64,000 nucleotides of DNA, taken from positions 1,792,001 to 1,856,000 of the forward strand of contig CAVSGO010000007.1 of NCBI GenBank assembly GCA_963727525.1, read 5' to 3'. The notes under the pieces are model-generated. The model ran no database searches, was not told the DNA's origin, and saw nothing but the letters and a program-made list of their open reading frames with translations. This DNA is from an uncultured bacterium. GTDB lineage: Bacteria; Krumholzibacteriota; Krumholzibacteriia; LZORAL124-64-63. Each line of letters begins with the position of its first letter. The stretch's first letter is position 1. Shown here in pieces: positions 56,697-64,000 of the stretch. The translations under genes and the position numbers were made by a program.

Positions 56697-58829
56697 ATGA
56701 GCAGTCGTCTTGCTCGTTCCACCATCCTGGGCTTCCTGATCCTCCTGGTCACCGGCAGCACGTCGCTCGCCACCACCGACATGCTCGTGGTCGATGGTCC
56801 CATGACCATCAGCGCCGACGACGCGACCTACGATGGCTACGACGTCGTCGTCACCGGGGAGACCGCCGTGCTGACGATCAGCGGCGATCACGTCCTGGCC
56901 AGCCTCGTGGTCACTGCGGGCGGCAGCGTCGAGCACGAATCGCTGCTCGGCCTCACGCTCACCGTCACCCACGATCTCGAGATCGACGCCGGCGCGTCCA
57001 TCGACGTGAGCGGCCTCGGTTTCCCGACCGATGAGGGCCCGGGCGCCGGACATTCGAGCACGTATTACGGCAGCGGCGCCGGCCACGGGGGCGTGGGCGG
57101 CGACGCCGCCGAGGGCGTGCCCGGTGGCGAGACCTACGGCTCGGCCGCCAATCCGCTCGCCCTCGGCAGCGGCGGCGGCTCGGGCGGCGAGACAGCCGGC
57201 GGCACCGGCGGCGGCCAGGTGTCGCTCGCCGTTGGCGGTACGCTCACGGTCAACGGCGCGCTGCGCGCCGACGGCGAGGACGGCGCGGCCGGCCTCACAA
57301 CCTGGCCCTATCGCAGCGGCGGCGGCTCCGGCGGCAGCATCCTGATCCACTGCGCGTCCCTGCAGGGAATCGGTACGATTTCCGCCAGCGGCGGCGAAGC
57401 GCCCGTGAATGGCGGCGGCGGTAGTGGCGGCCGCATCGCGATCTACTGCCAGGACAACCAGTTCCCATCCGAACAGATCGACACGGCCGGTGGCGGCGGC
57501 TATGACGATGGCGACGGTGGCACGGCCTATCTCGGCTTCGTGGTCGTGTCCCCCGACGGCACCGGCGACTATGCGACGATCCAGGGGGCAGCCGATGCCG
57601 TCGACGACGGCACCATCGTGCTGCTGGAGGACGGCGTCTTCTCCGGTGACGGCAACCGCGATATCGACCCGCGCGGCAAGGACCTCCTCTTCCGTTCGCT
57701 CAGCGGCGATGCAGCCAGTTGCATCATCGATTGCGAGGGATCCGCCGAGACGCCCCATCGCGGCTTCTTCATCCACAGCGGCGAGACTGCCCGCACAATG
57801 ATCGCCGCCATCACCATCCGGGGTGGCTGGGCCGCGGGACGCGACGGCGAGGGCGGCGGCATTCTCGTTGACGGCGGTTCATTCACCAACGTCGAGGGCG
57901 TGATCTTCAGCGGGAACCGCGCCGCGAGCGGTGGCGGCGGCCTGCACTACAATCCCGAGTCGGCAGGCAAGGTCATCGACTCGATCTTCGACGCGAACAT
58001 CGCCGACAGCGGCGGCGGCGGCCTCCACTACCGCGAGGGCTCCTCGGGCTCGGTAGTGAACTGTGTGTTCTTCGGCAACGTCTCGGGTCCCGAAGCCGCA
58101 GCCGCGAACTTCGACGGAAACGCGGTGGTGACGCTCCTGAGCTGCACCGTCGTCGGCAACACGGGCAACGGCGTCCGCTTCGGCGATCAGACGACGGCGT
58201 CGATCGAACGTTCGATCATCGCGTTCAACACGGGCACCTCGGTCGTCTGCGGCGACGCGGTTGCGATCACGGTCAGCTGTAGCGACATCTTTGGCAACGA
58301 CGGCGGCGATTGGACCGGCTGCATCGAAGGGCTCGACAGCGACGGCGGCCCCAGCGGCGGCACCAATATCTCGCTCGACCCGCTCTTCGTCGACTGGCCG
58401 GCGGGCGACCTCACCTTGCTGCCCGATTCGCCGTGCTTGCCGGATGCCAGCCCCTGCGGTCTGTTGATCGGAGCCGACCGCGGCGGCGTGATCGGAGGCC
58501 GCGCGGCCGCGCCCGGCCCAGGCTCCTCGCAGGCAGGCAGCACCCCGCGTCCAGGGGTGCAGCTCGGGCAGAATTACCCGAACCCGTTCAACCCCACGAC
58601 GACGATCGCCTTCGCACTGCCTCACCAGGACCAGGTGCGCCTCGCCGTGTACGCCCTCGACGGGCGTCGCGTGGCCACGCTGATCTCGGGCGCGGTGCCG
58701 GCGGGCTGGCACACGGTGACGTGGCCAGGCACGGACGACGCCGGCCGCGCCGTGGCCTCGGGCGCATACCTGTACCGCCTGCGGACATCGGCCGGCCTCT
58801 TCACGCGGGTGCTGACGCTCGTGAAGTGA
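56697..58829 (+). CDS. Secreted protein with a Gly-rich repeat domain, a parallel beta-helix (pectin-lyase-like) domain and a FlgD-Ig-like C-terminus
   Basis: Signal peptide; GSGGG/GGGSGG repeats; GDYATIQ.A; N-x-A-x-x-GGG repeats; DPLF...L...SPC; QNYPNPFNP...YLYRL. Confidence 0.8.
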   Translation: MSSRLARSTILGFLILLVTGSTSLATTDMLVVDGPMTISADDATYDGYDVVVTGETAVLTISGDHVLASLVVTAGGSVEHESLLGLTLTVTHDLEIDAGASIDVSGLGFPTDEGPGAGHSSTYYGSGAGHGGVGGDAAEGVPGGETYGSAANPLALGSGGGSGGETAGGTGGGQVSLAVGGTLTVNGALRADGEDGAAGLTTWPYRSGGGSGGSILIHCASLQGIGTISASGGEAPVNGGGGSGGRIAIYCQDNQFPSEQIDTAGGGGYDDGDGGTAYLGFVVVSPDGTGDYATIQGAADAVDDGTIVLLEDGVFSGDGNRDIDPRGKDLLFRSLSGDAASCIIDCEGSAETPHRGFFIHSGETARTMIAAITIRGGWAAGRDGEGGGILVDGGSFTNVEGVIFSGNRAASGGGGLHYNPESAGKVIDSIFDANIADSGGGGLHYREGSSGSVVNCVFFGNVSGPEAAAANFDGNAVVTLLSCTVVGNTGNGVRFGDQTTASIERSIIAFNTGTSVVCGDAVAITVSCSDIFGNDGGDWTGCIEGLDSDGGPSGGTNISLDPLFVDWPAGDLTLLPDSPCLPDASPCGLLIGADRGGVIGGRAAAPGPGSSQAGSTPRPGVQLGQNYPNPFNPTTTIAFALPHQDQVRLAVYALDGRRVATLISGAVPAGWHTVTWPGTDDAGRAVASGAYLYRLRTSAGLFTRVLTLVK

Positions 58830-58854
58830 TCGCGCCGATTCGTCGCCGACGAGA

Positions 58855-58887
58855 AAGCCCGGCCGCAAACGCGGCCGGGCTTCTTTG
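58855..58887. terminator. Intrinsic terminator, probably bidirectional
   Basis: aagcccggccgc-aaac-gcggccgggctt followed by cttt and preceded by A-rich gaga, between convergent genes. Confidence 0.75.
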
Positions 58888-58906
58888 TGGCGAACCGGAC
58901 TCGTGT

Positions 58907-59767
58907 CTAGCCGTAGTTGTCGAAGAGCTGGTTCAGATCGTCGTATCGCCCCACCCGCTCCTCGAGCGCGGCGATGCGATCGTGGATGGTGGCACGCTCC
59001 TTCTGGTACACGATGCCGGTCCAGAACGTGTCCGTGTCCATCGCCTTCTCCATGGCCGCCAGGCGGTTGCTGGAATCCCAGTCGTCGGGCAGCGGCTTGA
59101 CGACCTCGCTCATGGTCTTGAACGTGACCTGCTTGTTCATGGAGACGCACGGCGAAAAGACATGCACCACCGAGAAGCCCTTGTGCTTCAGCGCCGCGGT
59201 GAACACATGGCGCAGGTCCTTGGGCTTACCGGCATAGCCGCGGCCGATGAAACTCGCGTTATAGCTGAGGAACATCAGTAGCGGGTTCAGGGGATCCTCG
59301 ATGTTCGTGTAGGGCGCCGTCTTGCTGACCATGTCGATCGGCGACGTCGGCGAGCTCTGGCCCTTGGTGAGACCGTAGATCGAGTTGTCGATCAGGATGT
59401 AGGTCATGTCGACGTTCTTGCGGGCCACGTGCGGAATGTGCCCGCCGCCGATACCCATGCCATCGCCATCGCCACCCACTGCCACGATCGTGAGATCGGG
59501 CCGGGAGATCTTCATGCCCGCGGCCGTCGGCAGCGCGCGTCCATGCACGCCGTGGAAACCGTAGGTATCGCAGAAGTAAGGAAAGCGGCCGGAGCAGCCG
59601 ATGCCGGAGACGATCACCGTCGCCATCGGGTCGACCTGCACGTCCACGAGCGACTGGTAGAACGACGTGATCACGCCGTAGTCGCCGCAGCCGGCGCACC
59701 AGATCGGCTTGAGGTCCGATTTGTAGTCGGCAACCTTCAGGGCCGTCGAAGCCGTGGTTTCGCTCAT
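58907..59767 (-). CDS. 2-oxoacid:ferredoxin oxidoreductase beta subunit
   Basis: WCAGCGD, SGIGCSGR, HGRALP, GGDGD, NSIYGLTKGQ.SPT. Confidence 0.95.
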   Translation of the reverse strand: MSETTASTALKVADYKSDLKPIWCAGCGDYGVITSFYQSLVDVQVDPMATVIVSGIGCSGRFPYFCDTYGFHGVHGRALPTAAGMKISRPDLTIVAVGGDGDGMGIGGGHIPHVARKNVDMTYILIDNSIYGLTKGQSSPTSPIDMVSKTAPYTNIEDPLNPLLMFLSYNASFIGRGYAGKPKDLRHVFTAALKHKGFSVVHVFSPCVSMNKQVTFKTMSEVVKPLPDDWDSSNRLAAMEKAMDTDTFWTGIVYQKERATIHDRIAALEERVGRYDDLNQLFDNYG

Positions 59768-61491
59768 AGCTGCTCCTTGAACGCGGCGTACAGTTCCTCG
59801 GACGTGAAGGGCATGCCCTTGCACTTGTGGACCTCGATCGGCTTGATGCCGAACTTGCCCTTGAGGAAGTGTGCGTACTGGCCGGTGAAGTTCTCCTCGG
59901 GCACGATCAGCTTGCGTAGCGGACCGAGGAACTGGCGGATCCGCCACTCGTTCAGCGGCGACAGGATACGCGGATGCAGGTGCGCGATTCGTTTGCCCGT
60001 ATCCGCCTCGAGCATCTCGATGGCTTCCTGCACGGCGCCGTAGGTGGAACCCCAGCCGATCACGCCGATCTCGCTGAACTCCGGCTCCACTTCCTCGATC
60101 GGCTGCTGCTTGATGTTGGCCGCCAGCGACTCGAGCTTGCGAAAGCGCCGCGCGGTCTGGGCTTCGTGGTTTTCCGGCGTGTAGTCGGGGGCGCCCTTCT
60201 CGTTGTGCTCGAGACCGGTGCCCATGTATGGCAGCTTGTGCCAGCCGGGGATCGCCATCGGGCTCACACCCGACGGCGTGTCCTGGTAGCGCTTGAAGTT
60301 CTCGCGCGTGGCGTTGGCCGACGGCAGCAGGCGCTCGCCGATGTCGATCTGGCCGAGATCCGGGCGCGGGATGTTCTGGCTGGTATAGGCCAGCGCCTGA
60401 TCCGTGAGTACGATCACCGGCAACTGGTACTTCTCGGCGATGCGCACGGCGCGGATGGTTTGCCAGAAGCAGTCGTAGATGTCCAGCGGCGCCATGATCA
60501 CCCGCGGCGACTCACCGCTGGTGCCGTAGATGGCGAACTTGAGATCCGACTGCTCCGTCTTCGTGGGTAAACCGGTGGACGGGCCACCGCGCATCACGTT
60601 GACGATGGTCAGCGGTGTCTCCGCCATGGCCGCCAGATTCAACGCCTCGCTCATGAGCGACAGGCCCGGGCCGCTGGTCGCAGTGAGCACGCGTTTGCCG
60701 GCGTAGCTGGCGCCGATGCCGGCACATAGCGTGGCGATCTCGTCCTCGAACTGGACGGTCTGGCCGCCGAACTTGGGCAACTCGCGGCAGAGGAACTCGA
60801 AGATCGGCGTGGCCGGCGTGATCGGATAGCCGGGCACGAAGTTCACGCCTGCCGCAATGGCACCCAGGGCCACGGCCTCATTGCCCGTCACCAGGATGTG
60901 GTCGCGCTCCGGCTGGCGGTCGAAGGTGCGATGCAACGGTGCGAAGTGCTCGGTGGCGTACTTGTGACCGGCATCGAGCGCGCGCTTGTTGGCGTTGACG
61001 ACTTCTTCGCCCTTCTTGCCGAAGTGCTCGCCCACGAGCTTGTAGCCGTAGTCGACCGGCGTGTCGAAGAGCTTCATCAGCGCGCCGAGGGCTACCATAT
61101 TCTTGGCCCGGCTGGTGCCCATCGCCTCGCTCGACAATGCGTCGAGGGGCAGCGGGAACGCGCGGCGGCCGGCGAGCCGGTCGTCGGGCGTGCACTCCTT
61201 CGGATCGTACAGAAGCGCGCCATCCTTGTCGACGGCATGCACGTACCGATCGTAGGCGAGCTGATTGAAGGCGCAGTAGACGTCGACGATCTGCTTCAGC
61301 GACCGCGCCGGTCCGCTGCTGGCGCGAAGCTGGAACATCGCGAGCCCGCCGCGGATCTCGGCGGGAAACGTACGGAACGCATGGATGTTGAGTCCTCCAC
61401 GCGCCACGGCCTTCGACAGGATCTCGCCGCAGGAGATGACGCCCTCGCCACCTTCTCCGCCGATCCTGACGACCAAGTCCTGGGTAGCCAC
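59764..61491 (-). CDS. 2-oxoacid:ferredoxin oxidoreductase alpha subunit (gamma-alpha fusion)
   Basis: IGGEGGEG, AEIRGG, KNMVALG, YPITPAT, EDEIA, TSGPG, RGGPSTGLPT; GTG start after GGAGG. Confidence 0.95.
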   Translation of the reverse strand: MATQDLVVRIGGEGGEGVISCGEILSKAVARGGLNIHAFRTFPAEIRGGLAMFQLRASSGPARSLKQIVDVYCAFNQLAYDRYVHAVDKDGALLYDPKECTPDDRLAGRRAFPLPLDALSSEAMGTSRAKNMVALGALMKLFDTPVDYGYKLVGEHFGKKGEEVVNANKRALDAGHKYATEHFAPLHRTFDRQPERDHILVTGNEAVALGAIAAGVNFVPGYPITPATPIFEFLCRELPKFGGQTVQFEDEIATLCAGIGASYAGKRVLTATSGPGLSLMSEALNLAAMAETPLTIVNVMRGGPSTGLPTKTEQSDLKFAIYGTSGESPRVIMAPLDIYDCFWQTIRAVRIAEKYQLPVIVLTDQALAYTSQNIPRPDLGQIDIGERLLPSANATRENFKRYQDTPSGVSPMAIPGWHKLPYMGTGLEHNEKGAPDYTPENHEAQTARRFRKLESLAANIKQQPIEEVEPEFSEIGVIGWGSTYGAVQEAIEMLEADTGKRIAHLHPRILSPLNEWRIRQFLGPLRKLIVPEENFTGQYAHFLKGKFGIKPIEVHKCKGMPFTSEELYAAFKEQL

Positions 61492-61651
61492 CGTCAACCT
61501 CCAGACGTAGCGTCCCACCCCATACCTCCTACCGGGCACGGGGCAAGGGAGGCACCCGGCGCGATGTCGCCACGGCATCTCCCTTTTCGCGTTGCACGCG
61601 TTGGCCTAAAGTAATCGCTTGGCTCCAGGGGACCAAAGGGAAAGGCCCGAC

Positions 61652-62770
61652 GTGATACGTTATTTTCCAAACAAATTCGCCCCGGTCCCCCACGTCGCCT
61701 TCGTCAACTCGTTGCGCGAACTCGGGGGCGCGGAACTGTGGTTTCTCGACGCTGCGCAGGGTCTGGCCGACCGCGGCCTGCGCGTGACGATGGTGGCTCA
61801 GCCGGGCAGCCGCCTCCTCCAGCGCGCGCGCGCCGCCGGGCTCCCCACCGCCGCCGTGCCCATTCGCTGCGATGGCGCGCCGTGGACCCTCGCCGCTCTC
61901 GCCTGGACCTTCCGGCGCCGTGGGATCACGGCACTGGTCTGCAATCTCACCAAGGACCTCAAGGCCGCAGGCGTGGCCGGTCTCCTGGCGGGCGTGCCGG
62001 TGCGCCTCGCCTCGCGCGAGAGCGACTTCCCGCTCAAGAGCAAGGGCTACTACCGCTGGTACTTCACGCGCGCAGCCACCGGCGTACTGGTCAATAGCGA
62101 GGCAACCCGCGCCACCATCGCCGCCAGCGCACCCTGGCTCCCGCCGGAACGCGTGCACCTGCTCCCCAAGGGCATCGACGTGGCGCGCTTCCTCCCCGCG
62201 GCGGCGGCGCCTTCGATCCCGATTGTCGGTTTCGTCGGCCAGTTCATCGAGCGCAAGGGACTGGCTTGCTTGATGTCCGCCTGGTCGCAACTCGAGCATG
62301 ACGCCAGGACCGCTTCTGCGCGCCTGCGGCTCGCCGGCGAAGGCCCGATGCGCGACGCGATCGTGCGCTGGCGGGAGACGCTGCGGCGGCCCGACGCCGT
62401 CGAGCTCGTGGGCTTCGTCGAGGACGTGCCTGGATTCTGGGGCGGCTGCTCGGTGGCCGTGCTGCCGTCGCGCGCCGAGGGTTTCGGTCTCGCCGCGGCG
62501 GAGGCGGCGGCGTGCGCCCTGCCCGTCGTGGCGACAGACTCGAGCAGCCTGCCCGAGATCGTCCGCGATGGCGAGACCGGCCTGCTCGTGCCTCCCGACG
62601 ACGCCGCCGCTCTCGCCGGCGCCCTGGCGCGCCTGCTCCGCGATCCCGCCCTGGCCGTTCGCCTGGGCGCCGCCGGCCGTCGCCACATCACCGCCCACTA
62701 CGATCGTCGCCGCTGCCTGGACCGGCTGCAAGAGCTGGTCACAGACGGGCGGCCGGAGGCAACCAGATGA
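61652..62770 (+). CDS. GT4-family glycosyltransferase
   Basis: GGAE, ERKG, EGFGLAAAEA, PEIVRDGETG; start uncertain (61619-61652). Confidence 0.88.
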   Translation: MIRYFPNKFAPVPHVAFVNSLRELGGAELWFLDAAQGLADRGLRVTMVAQPGSRLLQRARAAGLPTAAVPIRCDGAPWTLAALAWTFRRRGITALVCNLTKDLKAAGVAGLLAGVPVRLASRESDFPLKSKGYYRWYFTRAATGVLVNSEATRATIAASAPWLPPERVHLLPKGIDVARFLPAAAAPSIPIVGFVGQFIERKGLACLMSAWSQLEHDARTASARLRLAGEGPMRDAIVRWRETLRRPDAVELVGFVEDVPGFWGGCSVAVLPSRAEGFGLAAAEAAACALPVVATDSSSLPEIVRDGETGLLVPPDDAAALAGALARLLRDPALAVRLGAAGRRHITAHYDRRRCLDRLQELVTDGRPEATR

Positions 62771-63564
62771 CACGTTTCGCCGCTGCCGTCGTGCAGACCT
62801 CGCCCAGCTTCGGCGAGGTCGACGCCAACCTCGCACAGGCGCTGGACCTCGTACCACGAGGATGCGACCTGGCCGTGCTGCCCGAGCTGTTCAGCACCGG
62901 CTACCAGTTCCGCGACCGTGCCGAGGCCCGCGCGCTGGCCGAGCCGGTACCGGACGGACCCACCTGCCGCACCCTCGCCGCCTTCGCGAGCGACACCGCA
63001 ATCACGGTCGTGGCCGGTCTCGCCGAGCGCGACGGCGACCACGTATACAATAGCGCCGTGCTCGTGCGCCCCGAGGGCACGCACGCGCTCTACCGCAAGA
63101 TGCACCTCTTCTGGGACGAGAAGGCGATCTTCGACCCGGGCGACCTCGGCTTTCCCGTATTCCCGGCCTGCGGCACCACGGTGGGCCTGATGATCTGTTT
63201 CGACTGGATCTTCCCCGAGGCGGCCCGCACCCTCGCGCTGCGCGGTGCGCTGGTGCTGTGCCACCCCGCAAACCTCGTGTTGCCGCATTGCCCGCAGTCG
63301 ATGCCCGTGCGCGCCCTCGAGAACCGGGTGTACGCCCTCACGGCCAATCGCGTCGGTACCGAGCACCGCACGGAGACGCCGCTGACGTTCATCGGCCGCA
63401 GCCGCATCGTCGCCCCGGACGCCGCGGTGGTCGCCAGTCGTGGAGATACCGACGTCGGAGCCGCCGTGGCCGATCTCGATCTCGCGTGCTGCACCAAGGC
63501 GATCACGCCGCGCAACGACGTGTTCGCCGACCGCCGACCCGAATTCTATGACCTCGGGGCGTAA
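62767..63564 (+). CDS. Nitrilase-superfamily carbon-nitrogen hydrolase
   Basis: Glu-Lys-Cys triad motifs LPELF, YRKMHL and ICFDW. Confidence 0.92.
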   Translation: MTRFAAAVVQTSPSFGEVDANLAQALDLVPRGCDLAVLPELFSTGYQFRDRAEARALAEPVPDGPTCRTLAAFASDTAITVVAGLAERDGDHVYNSAVLVRPEGTHALYRKMHLFWDEKAIFDPGDLGFPVFPACGTTVGLMICFDWIFPEAARTLALRGALVLCHPANLVLPHCPQSMPVRALENRVYALTANRVGTEHRTETPLTFIGRSRIVAPDAAVVASRGDTDVGAAVADLDLACCTKAITPRNDVFADRRPEFYDLGA

Positions 63565-63650
63565 ACGCCGGCCCGCCTCCGTCCGTCTACCCCAACGTGA
63601 CCCCGGAGGAGGTGACGGTGATGGGAGACACGACACATCGTCGGCGGATA

Positions 63651-64000
63651 TCAGTGCATCGTGGGCGGGGCCTGGCCCTCGACGGCGGTGCGGTCGTCGG
63701 CGGCCGCCTCGCCGCGGAACTCGGGGAAGGGCTCCGATTGCGGATCCAGCTCGAGGCTGTGTTCCCATATCTTGAGCAGATTGTCGAATTCCAGGCGCTG
63801 CGCGATGGCCACGACGTCGTCCTCGAGAAACGTCGTGAGGTACTCGGTGCGCCGATCACGGTCCCGCAGGCTCTCCACCAGCGGGATCTCGCGCATCCGC
63901 TGCTCGGGCACCACGCGCGGGCCCTGCAGGTAGTCGAGGTACATGTCCCAGTCGCCGCGGAAGTACCGCAGGCACACGAGGCTGATCTCGACCTCGAAAT
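63651..64000 (-). CDS. Hypothetical protein (5'-partial)
   Basis: Open frame running off the window edge with plausible codon usage. Confidence 0.55.
   Translation of the reverse strand, partial: FEVEISLVCLRYFRGDWDMYLDYLQGPRVVPEQRMREIPLVESLRDRDRRTEYLTTFLEDDVVAIAQRLEFDNLLKIWEHSLELDPQSEPFPEFRGEAAADDRTAVEGQAPPTMH

Overview
A GC-rich, gene-dense bacterial chromosomal window with about 50 CDS. I recognised no rRNA, tRNA, CRISPR array or transposase. The gene set points to an anaerobic or facultative diderm (outer-membrane barrel, 2-oxoacid:ferredoxin oxidoreductase, multiheme cytochromes, secreted proteins with NxPNPFNP/FlgD-Ig-type tails). Routine content: sahR-ahcY, etfBA, a DUF5752-treT-otsA trehalose cluster, nucleotide-sugar genes, queG/amrS/queF, udk-hpt-guaB, nupC, dgt, acyl-CoA carboxylase subunits, a PAS-GGDEF-EAL protein, a PP2C phosphatase and 2-oxoacid:ferredoxin oxidoreductase subunits. 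The main discovery is hidden by the ORF track. ORFs 33071-33361 and 31883-33061 (minus strand) are one reading frame interrupted by a single TGA, followed by a SECIS-like hairpin. This predicts a selenocysteine-containing lipoprotein multiheme cytochrome c (9 CxxCH plus 2 atypical motifs). It lies between a TetR gene and a four-domain rhodanese lipoprotein, a candidate extracytoplasmic sulfur/selenium redox system. About 4 kb away is a MarR-HybA-HybB/NrfD-13-heme cytochrome module with no catalytic subunit. Also notable are a ~190-bp palindromic MITE/ERIC-like element and several apparent pseudo-enzymes (HemC-like, Lpd-like, NeuA-like). All product calls come from recognising motifs by eye, not from database searches.
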